From: Marsupella aquatica
Lineage: Eukaryota; Plantae; Marchantiophyta
Direction of reading: 5' to 3'
Length of the DNA: 64,000 nt
NCBI GenBank assembly: GCA_973895155.1
Contig: OZ316894.1
Location: 9,523,440 to 9,587,439, forward strand
Shown here: piece after piece, positions 25,301 through 38,393 of the stretch
Numbering within the stretch: the first letter of the stretch is position 1
How the letters are laid out: every line of letters starts with the position of its first letter
Position numbers and translations under genes: made by a program
Notes under the pieces: generated by a model
Told to the model about the DNA's origin: nothing
What the model saw: the letters and a program-made list of their open reading frames with translations, nothing else
Databases searched by the model: none

Positions 25301-28300
25301 ATTTTTTTTGGACAGCTTGGAGAGCTTTGGCAAATTCGTCACATGCAGTTTTTGCTCGTGCTTTCTCCTCTCCTGCAGCATATACCAAATTTTGTCTCAA
25401 TAATTGGGAGCAGTCTCTACATATAGTGGGCACCATAGGGGGTTTTCCCTCTCACTGTTCGCCCCTTTGTTGGTTCTCCAGCCTTTGTGATAGTCTCATG
25501 TCTTGGAATTATTTGTTCTTTGGTACTGTGATACATATAAATCATCCAAGACTTTTTATTCTAAGACCTCAATATAGTCAAGCACTGAAAAAGAATAGGA
25601 GATGTACTCACTTTGTCTCCGTCCAAGAGCATCCAATTGCAATTTCTTTTCCTTCCTATCCTCTTCCAGCTGTGCATGTACACTGTATGCAGTCAGCTTT
25701 GCCCACAACTGGATATTTCTTGCTTATTGATGAGATCTCATTTTACTATATGACCTACAGGTTTACTGTCATCTGGGAATCACAACTAGCATAGTGACAT
25801 CCCGTTGGCGCAATAAATAAATAATTATGAAATTCTGGGTCTTATTAGCAAAATTATTTCGGTTCCTTCTGAAACCTTAAACTAATTTTGTCATGAAAAA
25901 TTCAAGAGTATTTCAAGCACCTAGTGTAAAACACTGACTTTTCATATTACACATTTTTTTATTTAAAAAATGTAAAACAAGAGAATAATATTCTGGCCTT
26001 GAGTTGTTTACAAAAATAAAATAAAATAATGTGTAGCTGAGGTACTGCGCTGATGGGGATGGCACTATGGTAGACTGGAGGTACTGCACGGACTGGGATG
26101 GCACTATGGTAGACTGGAGGGTCCTGCGCGGACTGGGATGGCACTATGGTTGTTCAATAAACACCATAGAGGCCTGGTTCTAAAGTACAGCTACAAGTGG
26201 ACATCTCAAAGAATCATGCTCCTAGATAAACCACCTCTTAAAGAATTACCTGTGCAATGAAAGTCTTCTCAAGAATTTTCTTGTCACTTTCATGTTCTTC
26301 CAGCTGCTGTTGTATTCTAGCCTCAATTATTTCTTGCATTTTCTGTGCTGAACTGTCACTCTGCACTAACCAAAGATATTTGTTGGAGACTAACCAAAGA
26401 TATTTGTTGGAGACTAACCAAAGATATTTGTTGGATATTACAGTAGGCATGCTAAGTACAGCTTCTGTTTACTGACCAGAAAGCTCTTGTTGGTCACGAT
26501 GAAGGAGATCATCTCTAGAGAAATAGGAGTTAGAAGCTTTTGACCTTGCCTATGTAGAGAAGAAATACCTCTGCAATACATTCAAACTGGAGGCGAGAAA
26601 TTTCTGCACTCAAGGTCTGGATTTTTGCTTCAGCTTTACTTTGTGTCCTTAGTATGTCTTCTTTCCGGCACTCAATTTCATGAGTCAGCTTTTGGATCTG
26701 CACTCTTGAACAAGAGCATATATCTAAATTATTTGTTTTAATCTCAACAATTGTGTGTGAAATCATATCCATCCCAGACTTGGTTCAATTTTGTTGAATG
26801 CCAATAAACCTCCAAGTCACTCAATCATTTAAGATGGCCGCTTCATTACCATTTGCACTTCATATGAGTTAACATTGACATTTGTGTCCCAGTACTCATG
26901 GTCAACATTTTCCAACCTGAGCCTAGATCAAAAGTTGGCATTGAATTTTAGGCCATGAGAGGGATGATTCAGTTCGTTTTAACATTAAGAACTCATTCAG
27001 TCAAATTTTGAATGGTCATCATTTTCTAAAACCAGATGTCTTCATATTTGTGGTCATGCTGGTACTTCAGGTTAAGTCCTTTTACAAAGTAGGCTTCTTA
27101 GCCAGTATCAGGAAACAGATCTTTACTGAAAGGCCATGGTGGGAGCAAAACTTTAGGCTGCATTTTGAGGCAAACTAGGTAAAGGCATAAACGTTAATGC
27201 ATTTATGGAAGGATTCAAGAAACTGCCAGTAGTCCCATAAATCAATAAGGGCTGTTGAATTAGCATGTGTTCAGTCATCCAAGCAAATGTTGCTTTCTAG
27301 GATAGCTTTGGACCTGGTCATAGACATCAGAGTTTACCTCCATTTGAAACTGTTCTAGATCACTCTTTGCAAGGCTTAGCTCCTTGCGAGTGGTGATTAA
27401 TTGGAATGCCATTTCATCCACCTAAAATCACACACTTAAGAGGACAGGCAAAGAATTGGATAGATTAGCTTGTGAGATCAGCTAACAGACTCTAGAGTAG
27501 CTTTATCAATTGCCCAAGGATAACCCTCTCGGAAACCATGGGAGGTACTCAAACATTATGATAATTTAGTATTTTGCATATGTGAATACAAGGATTCCAA
27601 GTACTCCTTCAACTCCGTTGAGAATCATACCAGGCAAAACAAAGTCTAGATCCCGAGTCCGAGTGAAATTCAGCAATTATGTGTATATCATAGCATACAA
27701 CTGATTTAGAGCTCAAATGGACACTGACAGAACAGACTGAAAAGGCTCCTAGATGTAACACATTCATCCAGCTAGCAAGCCCCTGAGCGCCATCAATCAG
27801 TCAAGTTCATAAAGGCAAACTATAATTTGGTGATGGCAAAATTTGGTATGTCCTGAGGGTTCAACATCACAAAGCACACAAAGCACAGGTAAAATTTTCT
27901 CTTACTACACACACACTTTTCCCATGCGGGTTACTCTGATAAAAGACAACATGTAAGCTTGAATCCCTCCAAAATATATTCATAAGCACCTTGATTTTGT
28001 GGCCAGTGATATCGTTCTCATTGGCAGCACATGTATTGGTCATGTTTTCAAGGTCTTGCCTTAGTTGTAGAACAACACTTTCCTGAAGAAAGAAGGTTTT
28101 TCCCTTGTCATATGCGCATGCACTCACTGAGTTCATAATTCAGTGTGGCAGGACAACATGGGTCAACTACAAACAATCTGACCAGCACACTCAAAATGTC
28201 AAGTTTCTATCTTCTGGTTGCTTATCATGGCAAGGAATGGTGTCTTCATATTAGAAGCTCACACTCACTCATCATGAAATATTAGCTTCTTGTAGGCAAG

Positions 28301-31300
28301 CAGTTCACTAATGCAAACAATGTGGTAGACTTAGCTTAACAAATCCTCTCTAGTACACCTTGATTCCTTAAGCCATCATCACTATAGTGAGTTGCCTATG
28401 GTAGGCCATCTGAATCGGGAAAAGATAAATTCAACTTCTGACTTCCTAAAAATATTGGAATGAAACACACCCATTTTGAGATAGCTAACTTGTGGGCATT
28501 CTGCGACTCACTGCAAGAACCCCAACATTTCATTGACCAACTTTAGGAAAGAACAAACTTGTATCTGAAAAATCATCACAACTGCATCAGGTGGAATCTC
28601 ATAAATATAGAAAGGCAGATCTTTAGAACAATGTTCAAGGTTCTAGCAATATTGTGGCATATTCAAGAGAGTATCAAAGGTTCAATTGAGCTATTGTCTG
28701 ACCTAACCAAGACCAGAGCTCAACTAACTTACAAGACCTCTTGCTTCATTGTGCCAAGAGCTATGGCCAAGTTGTCATTGTTGATAGAGGCTGTTTTTAT
28801 GTTCTCCTTCTGCGAACTGTCAAAGATTGATCAATTGAATTTGTACTACTTATATCTTCATTCACTGACCACAAAGGCCACACACACTAATCTATCTTCA
28901 CCTGAGGCAGCTCTTCTCCTTAGGTTGTTGGAGAGTTGTTACTTATGTATATTTGTGAAAAATTGCAAATACTTATCAAATCAAATATGCATCAAGGGAT
29001 GGTCTATGAAGGGCACCAAAAATTGAATCTCCTCCTCTGCTAGATGCAGATCATTGTGCAATTTTGATGTCTTCTCTTTCTCCTGCAGTCCTTGAATGCC
29101 AGAAAATGTATCTCAATATCACCCTGAAATTACATGACTGTGCAGATATCACAATTTCCCAGCAGTCTATTGCTTATTTGTGATGGAATAATGATAATTT
29201 AGCAAGCCAGACTACATTCAAGTAGATAAGTTAGCCAGCTGCAAGTGTCCAGTCATATACTACTTCTTCAAAGAATATCTGCACAGCTTACTACTACTTG
29301 TTTACTTTAGAAGTTGAAATAACAAGCTGCCAAAAATGACTCAGTAAGAAAGCAGTAGGCACTTTAAATGTCGAGATACCTGGACCAAAGCTTCTTCCAC
29401 AATTCTCAACAATCTTTTAGTATCTCTAATTTCATTCTGAGCTTTCAAACTGCATTCCATTTTTTCCTGGGTAGCAACAACTATTTGCTTTTGAAGGTCC
29501 AGCTTCTGGAAATTGCCAAGGATGCATAAATTAGTGTGTTACAAGATAACGAAGGAATAAACATCACTCTAGTTCCAAAAATCCAATAGCAGTTGGTCAA
29601 TCAGGGTACCTATCAGGCTATCATTTAACAGAAAGATGCTAATATAGCAGCCTTGAAGCCACTCACTTCATTCTGCCAGTTTGCCTTTTGAGAAGCACAA
29701 TCATGAGAGAGTTTGTCCAGCTCAATAAAGGCATCCAACTGCAAAGGGAGATCATACTTTCAGTGTTGGCATTGTTATATCAATTTTGAAATTATATTAG
29801 GAGTTTATTTTGTCATATTTATAATGCAGGCACCCATATAGTGAAGTCTAGTGGCCTCATTGAAATCAAACAGTATTTTGGGGTCAACTGTTTCCTTAAG
29901 GCAGCCTCCCCAAGCTGGAAAATTCCACTCAGCTGGACTTGCTGAGTCACTTTGTCACTCGACCGCCTCGCTGCATTGAAAGAATTCCACTTGGCTGATC
30001 TCACTGACTTAAGTGTTCACTCAGTAGTGAAATTTTCTACGAAAAATTCAGCTAACTATGTTGAGTCATTTTTCCAGCTCAACAGCCCCTTTGAGTCATC
30101 TGGGAGACCTTGCTGAATAGGAAGGTGCCATAGGCAAACAATTGATGGGAGTGACTGATACTAACCTGATACTTAAGACTGATAAATGATGGGGTTGCAA
30201 CACTCTGCCACAATCAAAAGCTTTGCATGTGTTTGACATGTGACAAGTCTACTGGACTACTAGACCTTCAAGTTACATGTGAGATTTCAACAAGAATTTG
30301 GGTCTTTTGATTAGACAAGCTCTCAATGTACTCGATTGACAACATTATCTAAAGAGAAATGTGCTGAAAAATCCAGAGTACAAATCAATTTTGTAAATTA
30401 TACATGCCTTCAGTTGCTCCATCTTAGCTACATGACGGGCTTCCATCTCCTAAATTTGAGAGAAAAATAAGCTTGTCAGTATATATCAGTCAAATTCTTG
30501 TGATGTTTGTGGTACTTAGAAACTCGTCTAGAAATCCCATCACCCACTCATCAATAAGGCTATAACCTGAGCCATGACATCAAAATGACCCCTTTCATAA
30601 TCTTGTAGTAAGGCTAAGTATTTGAAAATGAATATAGTTTTAGACAATTCAAATCTAGGTGCTTCAATCTCCAACACCAAGCGCAGTGTCCACAAGAGGC
30701 TACTTGTCCCTAGAAGTCTACAGAAACTGAAAAAGTTGCAGAAAGGACCAGAGCAATCACACAAAAACTACACTGGTTTATGTGATTTTTCTTGTAGTTA
30801 TCTCAGATTCAAAGGAGACATAGTTCAGAGCTCGAGTCCGCCTTGAAGTACCACTATGGCTTGAGAGTGTATTGCAGCTTGGTTCTTCAAATGTTCCTGT
30901 AATTCAGTTTCACATGCCAGGAACTGGGATTGTGCCATTGCCAATAGATCTTGGTGGACCTTCTCCAATTGCTCTTTCTCATGCTTCATCTATAGTAATG
31001 AAATGTTGGCATCAAATAGTTTGTCAGACTCACAAGAGTAAACACCAACACCTATCCTAATTTGAATTTTTCAGAAGTTGGTCTTCCATGCCTAGGTATA
31101 GAGGAGACGACTATGGATAATTATTCAAGAAAAACAGTTGCACAATTATTTGTGGTGCTGTCTTAAAATATCTCAATGTAACATTTTCAAAATAGATTGT
31201 AGAAACTAGATCCTGATTTGCCCACATACTTTAAGAAGTCTGAAGTTGTTGGGGGTAAGGATACCTCTTCTTGATGGCATTTCTTCAGTTCTTCAATCTC

Positions 31301-33267
31301 CTGGAGAGGAACAACATAATTTGCTCAAAAAACGAGGCTCCAATTCATTTGAATAAAATCATATGATAAGCTCAACCTTAAGAAATGAGTGAACTCCCGT
31401 GACGACAAGGCACACAAAGATGTAGCTTATGGGTATGTGACTGCTGAATACAAGATTTGCAAGAGAACAAGAATAAATGCCATGCTAACGCGTACTCAAC
31501 AACATGTTTATTGAAGTCAGAGCAACTCAAAAGCTTTGTTCCATAATTTAATACACACTTTAACTAGATTTTGTGCAAGAAGACGTGATTCTGTGTTGAC
31601 CAAGTCGGCATTTATTTAACTTACTCAACATTCAATACTACTGAGTGGTGAGTCTTACTTTTTCAAGATCGTGTGCTTTAGCCTCCAGCTCACTTCTTAG
31701 CAACTTCATCTCTCTGGAAGTCACATAAAAAATTCCAGAGCACCACACTTTAGAAGATGAGAAAAGGAATCTAGGATGCACATTATCATAGTGACAGACC
31801 ACATGTGTCTTAAATTGACAATGCTGTTCACTAAAACACACCTAGAGATACTTAAGGGGGACTTCTCTTGCTAGTTATTAAATATTCTTCTTTCACAGAG
31901 TTTAAGCCAGAACTGAGGCCAAAACCTCCACGAGATGATATTTTGCATGAGTCCTGAGATGTTGGTAAGAAAATCAAAACCCAGATTTCAGCAATCTTGA
32001 CTAAGCCTTGTTAGAGCCAGCAAAGGATGAAGATGAAGCTAAACAGAAATACCTGGCAACTAATTCAGCCTGTTTTGTCAATGACCCTTGTATTATTTCA
32101 CCTTCCTTCAATGCTTCTTGAAGGTCTTTAGCAACCTAAAGAGAGATTTTAATTGCCATAAAGCAGGGAAAATTATCTTAAGTGATAGAAAATTGGAAAC
32201 AAGAGTTGAAAAGTTGCCAAAGGTCCTAACATTTGAACCATGATTATATCTCAACTCAACACACATTGAGGCCTTTTTGAAGTTTAATTCTACATTGACT
32301 TATCCAGGGCTTGGGCTTAAAAATCAGTTATGAGATGTAAAATCAGCCAAGCTACGCCACACATCAAGACACCCAAACTATTTTGCTGTATGTACAATGT
32401 ATGTAGGGGCCCACCATTTCAGCTTTCTTCAAATCAGTCTGAGTAGCTTGTTGAATGGCTTCATGTTCAATTTTCATAGCCTGCAAGGTGATAAGACATA
32501 AAACAAAGTTGAGTAATGGGGGATGGACTTGACCACTTGACCAAACTAAGACAAAACATATCTACAAGCTAGGTTGTGTTTCAAGCCAAGGTAATTATGT
32601 TACAGAGGAGGATAGGAGAGTTGTGAATACCTCAACAACCTGTTGTATGCGATTATCTTGGGCCTCAATTTGTAGGGAAGATTTGAACATTCTGATACGC
32701 GATGCAGTTTCATTAAGAATGTCATGAATTTCACTTTCATGCTGGGCAGCAACCTGCAGGAAATTCCAATTGGATATTGAAGATGTTCAGACCAGCTAAT
32801 GCAAACCCTATACAACAGCTATTCACACCCAAACAGCTAGGATTCAGAAGAGGACCTGCTTATATTAAAGCGTTACAACACTATGAACCAAGGGTTTCCC
32901 AGCCTGCAAGCCAGTTGCGCAGCTTGGTTTGTGCAGTTTCCTTTTAGAAAATGGGTTTGGTCTGATGATGGGGGCCATGGCAATTAATACATGACAAAAT
33001 ATTAAGGAAATAGTAAAAGGCATGCATCACTTTGTCAACACAGCACAAGACACTCAAACAGCTGGGTTTCCCAAATAGTATGTAGAGAAACCAAACCTCC
33101 TCTGGATTGGCAAGAGACGATTCCGCTTCAGGAGGATAGGCAGAAAAGTGGTGTAGCAGCCTAGTGAGCTGCGAGAGCTTGAAAGCCAACTTGTCTTCCA
33201 GCTTGTTCCAACACAGTAATCCCTCTCCTTCTAGCCCCATTTTCTCAGGCGATAAATACTTGGCCAT
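19344..33267 (-). CDS. FAM184A/B-like long coiled-coil protein (roughly 25-30 short exons)
   Basis: N-terminal exons KLAFKLSQLTRLLHHF (33267-33097) and AQHESEIHDILNETASRIRMFKS (~32754-32630). C-terminal exons RFVNRESRVEDVARISNLE (~20160-20042), QLELCNREENYNKIFG (~19872-19780) and KPKQKNDTAKFENSRFIS (19550-19344). These resemble the FAM184A termini as I recall them. Many E/K/L/Q-rich GT-AG exons lie between (e.g. 22827-22638, 22521-22181, 26700-26579). Internal exon set not fully resolved. Confidence 0.75.
26036..26150. repeat. Intronic ~38-bp tandem repeat x3
   Basis: GGTACTGC..GACTGGGATGGCACTATGGTAGACTGGA units. Confidence 0.85.
26365..26435. repeat. Intronic 24-bp tandem repeat x3 at a splice acceptor
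   Basis: ACTAACCAAAGATATTTGTTGGA(G) three times, abutting the exon that starts near 26361 on the minus strand. Confidence 0.9.
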
Positions 33268-36200
33268 TCTTCCCACTCCTCAAATCACACTAGATATACT
33301 AACTACTCTTGTCACTCAAATAACATACTTTTGCATTGACGTTGGAGTCACTCTTATGGCTTCTCACCCACCAAAAAAGGAAAATCCCTTAGACAAATGT
33401 TGCTGTTGAGGCAGTAGCACGCCAGTCAGCCATCATCATCTGGATGCTAAGGTAGGGAGGATAATATTTCTAGTGGAAAGCCCATTCATTCTACCTTCTG
33501 CAATAAGCTATAATCATTTGATTGACTTTGACACCTTGCTGCTAATGCAGGATTAACAGAGAATGCACTAGTGCCAAGAAGGCCAAGCTGAGGAGTGAAA
33601 GCGAGTAAACATCCACCACAAGCAAGCCAACCCTAATACATTAAGGCTCCCTCTTTCACTCTCTCTTCTACCTGGTAGGCCTACAGATGAGATCTGCCTC
33701 TGTAAATAATAGCTCCAGCTCCACAAGATAGGGAATGGAGTGCAAGTAACAAGGAAAAGCAAAATTGCAACTAAGTTTTAAATACATCTGGAAACCTTGA
33801 TCCCTCTTATGAAATAGGATGCAGCAATGCTTGGACGCACATGTTATGTTTTGTTGTGTGCAATTTGTGCATTGATTGCCTGTTTGAGCAAAATACTATC
33901 TTGCAAATATCATTTGCACTTGCTCACCTTAAAATGACCCTCTTTAGAAAAGTGATGCAGCCTAATTCGTTGTGCAAAGATGCAAATGTATTCGGAAATG
34001 ACTGTTCCAATAAAAATCTTTGGGCATGGATGAAAAAGGTAATCTATGCTATGCTAGATTCAATGAAGAAATGCACAAAAAATGAAAGCTCCAAAGTTAT
34101 CAACTGCTTCTAAAGTCTGAAAGACAACTATCTGAAGGCATGGATGGATATGCGTTGTGCTGTCTCTGTATGATATAAACTCCGCTTAGAAAAGAACAAG
34201 AGCCTTTTGTTCTCCCCAAGTGCTTTGACTCCAATTCATCTGGAATATAAAGAAATGCAGTCCAAAAAGAACACAATCCTTGTCATAAAATTGTCAAAAA
34301 CCCTTTTGGTGGAGTCGTCTCAGAGCTGCCAACATTGTTGCTTTCCTTTGCACCACACTTGTAAAGAAACAAATATAATACACGAATGGAATGTGGGAAA
34401 CTATGAACATCCTCTCTCCATAGTCCTCCAAGGTTTCAGGATTCAGAGTGGAATTAATCACACTTGCTCTCTTGACTTCCATCATGATGTCCATCAATTT
34501 GTCTCTTCATTCCAAAGAATTGCTATTGTTTGAGTTGTGGGCAGGTTGGCAACAGGCAAAACAACAATAGAGTTTTGTGTTGATTGTAGCATGGAAGCCC
34601 CTGGGAGGATGGACCGCAGAAGAACATTTCATAATTATCTAGACTTTATAGTACCGTAGTAATAGTGTCTGCGTAGGACCGTGTCCACAATTGTGAAGGA
34701 GAATTGGGTCAATTGTATTGCATTGCATTGCTGATTCTCGAAAAGTTCTTTTGATTTCACACACGGAGTTTCATTTTATTAGCCACAACCACTTCTAATT
34801 TTTTAAATGTTATTATGTCGTACTTGTCATGAATCCTCTCTTTCTAGGTCTTGCATATGATCTGATATGTATTTTTAACGGGAGGCAGGGACGAGGCTTC
34901 TAGACTCTGCATGCCACCCCCTAAAGTGAAAGGAAAATAAGAGTATGTATGATAAAGTTCTTTAGCAGTTATGGAAACTATCAAAGGCTGGTTAAAAAAA
35001 ATTGCATGTGTCATTCCTCTTTCCTCGGAGTGCCAGTTGATGTAATAATTTTGTTGTTATTGACTTTTAAGCAGTTAAACCCTAATTAGCTATATTATCC
35101 ATACTTAGTTGATTGTGCCTTAAAAACACAAGTTGAATACATGAGGAAATTGCAATTAATGTGACCAGCCTGAGTGCCCGTTTTTTGCAAGTATATAGAT
35201 TGAGATAAGGACATTCAAGCCCAATGGGCCATTTACAGAAACTCACCTTGTCCCCAATCTCCATTTTCCATTTGTTATGCCCCAAAGTCAGGGTTTAGAG
35301 ACTTTACTTTAGACCTTAGGCTCTCAAGAGTAACTTTCAATAGCAGTCACATAGTTAGACTAGACAAATGTCCTTATGTCCATGCCTTGTACAGTACTTG
35401 TCATATGTAAGTGTGGGCGAGCATAAGTGAGACACAGCAAGACTCAGCAATCTGACACAACAAGGAACCTTTACAATGACTTATGGTAATCGCATAGTTA
35501 TAACCAATCCTTGTGGCAAAAAGGAGCCTACACAATGACTTATGCTATAGCATATAACCAATCTTTACGGCAAAAAGTTGTGTACTTGTGATCTTGGTAG
35601 CCCATAAGTTTTGGACAGAAAACTACTAAATTAAGTTCCATAAAATTTGAATCTTGGAGACACCTAGAATTAACTACCATCAGTGACAAGATCGATTATT
35701 AATTACCAAATGGAGCTATAGATCCTACAGCAGCATCCATCCGACAACTACAGTAGAGCACCATAGCTTGAAATTTGATACTGCCATAGGCTGGTGTGAA
35801 ACTGGAATGAAGCTCTGATTCCAATGTCCCGAATTGACAAAGGCCGTTTACTTGTCGGCTCATCAATGTCGTTTGTCCGTGAGGTCAGGAAACCACTGTA
35901 CGTGGAATGCTCGCTGCCCTCGCCCCTTGTTGTTGGGCTGTGAGCAGAATTTCAGCTCGCTTGAAATGAGCGTTAAAACATCAAGCTCTTTTAAAAATCA
36001 TTAACATTCTGGAAGTAATCATTTCAGTAACAGTACAGAAACATGATGATGGTCAACAGCCTGTGGCTCCCCTTCGTTCCCCCCTCAGTCCCTCACATAT
36101 CAGTAGTAAAAGTTCGGTACCTTCAAAGCTACAGTGAGACTGTGAGAGAAGCGACGAACAAGAAGAGTGTAAGAAAAAGATGATAAAAGCGAAATCGCAA

Positions 36201-38393
36201 CAAAGGCGCAGACAAAAATTAAGGAAGAAATCCATCGATACGGTAATGTGGAGTCTTGCAACTAGATTTGGATTTCTGGAGTGACTGAAAAGGAGGTGGG
36301 GTCCCGAGGGACGCGAGCTTGAGCCGGCTTTGGAACTTGGGAAGGAAGGGAATAGGAATGAGGGCATTGAGGGGGCGTTGGACGGAAGCAACGGCTAGAA
36401 AGGTCAGCAACTCGGCATTTCACACGGCGTGACATGAGATTCGTAGATTCCGACAGAGATGGACCGTATGAGAGAGTTGAAATTTTCCACTGACAGTGGA
36501 GGGACAGTCAGTTCGTGAGTTTCGAGAGAATGAATGTTGAACGAATGATCAATGCCGTTATTGTTGGTGCGACTTCGATGGAAAGACTGCTGCTGCTGCT
36601 GCTGGCACTGGCACAGGCACAGCCCCGGAGTGAGCAAGAGAGGAGCGAGGAGGAGGCAGGCTGTACAGCGCTGCTGGGGCGAGGATCGAGGAGACTCGCC
36701 CTCGTCTGAACATTCAAAATTCGCGGAGCGCGATTAGGGTGCTTATTACTTTCCGCCCTTCCTCACCACCCCAGCGCAACACATGAATATTTGATTTCGT
36801 AGCTATTCAAGTTCGTGTGGTGACAGGTCAGTGGAGGCTCCCTTTGGCTTCATGATCTCGATGGAATTAACGGTCCCTCTTCAAATCTGTGGTCGTGTCT
36901 TGCCTACGAAATGTGCAGATGAGTGGCTTTCGAGATATGGATTTCGTCAGTCTTAGGCAATAGAATGGATGTGCAGGATTTGTTCTCTGATGTGAGTTGT
37001 TCTCTGATGTGAGTTCGTTTGAAACCGTAGTCGAGTACGTCAATGTCAAAACTCTAGTCGAAACTTCGCTGAAGGTGGACGAGAGGTCCGAGCTGATCTA
37101 CTTTAGTTAGATCTCGGCATTTCACTCTCGATTTGTAGACTTTCGCACATGTAGGACGACTGACAGTTCATTGTCTGTTTGACATTGCTCTAAGTTTGTT
37201 GGAGGTCTTATCCTAGAGTTTAGTCGACCTTGCTTTGTGGATTTCTGTCGCACGCCTTCGATGCCAGGTCTCCGTCGGTGACAAGTACGTCTTAATTGCA
37301 CTTAGCTGACATTTGAATAGAATGTCAGTCTCGTTTCAGCGAAGGCTCTCAAACAGCGCTCACACATAACCTATTGATTGGCAAATACTAGACTTTTTAA
37401 AACTCACCATTCAACGGGTTTCACTTCCCTTCGCTCTCAGCATCTCACTGTCTTTTGGGGTCATAGCTGTTTTCCCTTCCTTAAAGGTGCACGTAGCCCC
37501 TTTGTGCTGTCATTTGTCTTCAGATATGGACTGTTAAGTTTTTCTTGAAGAAACTAAACGTCCCTGCCGAATTTCACCATTGTAGTCCTGTTTTTCGTAT
37601 TCACCCGAGGGGCCGATGCTTCTGTTGGGTTGAAGACTAACAGGTCCAGCGGCTTGAATGGATAGCTTAAGGGAGGCACTCGAGGTTAGCTGATCTGAAA
37701 GGAGCTACTCATTCTTATGCATCTTGTCCGAGTCAATCATTGCGCAATCATCTACGCATTTCCTTCCTCTAGGCGTCCTTCCTAGACCACTGGCTGGACT
37801 TGGTTTCAATATTCAATTGCCCATCCGGGGCTTTTGGGTTAGAAAAATAATCTCCCTATTCTGTCAGATTTACAGAGCACTTGGAGACCCCCGGCGAACA
37901 TGGTGCATTTACGAAATTCCGAGAATAGATATAGGGATTAGGCTCTGGGAAGAAGAATTGTAAGCTTCTGCTCATGTAGTTTTTGCAATAAATGGTTCTG
38001 TCTGTGGGTCTTTGTGACAGGTGATTGCTGCAAGTTTCACCAGTGGCATGGACAAAGGAAGGAACGAAGAGGGATGGTATCTCCTGTGGATCTGTTCAAT
38101 TTGACAGAGACTTGGTAGTGCCAACGGGAATTTCCTCTGCTCTCAGGGAGAAACGGTTTTTGTATTCTATCTAATCGAGCTGACTTCAGATCATGGGAAT
38201 GGGAATCGCCGCATGGATAGTGTTGATGTCGCAATACCAGAAGTGGAAGTTAGGGGCGGTGGTGGACATTTATTAGAATCAACTGGACGGAGGTAGCGTC
38301 TTCGTTATCATCCCACTTGTCATCGTCGCTGTCCTCCTGAAGTTGAAGAGCACAGATTTCAGCTTCCCAGAATTGAAAATTCCCCATTTTCAG

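Noticed and set aside
19344-33267. Synaptonemal complex protein ZYP1, myosin or kinesin
   Set aside because: No ZYP1 terminal motifs or motor domain were found; the terminal motifs fit FAM184 better.
36053-36737. Overlapping short ORFs around a (GCT)n tract
   Set aside because: Pyrimidine-rich, microsatellite-containing sequence typical of a 5' UTR/promoter, probably for the minus-strand gene; no coding signal.
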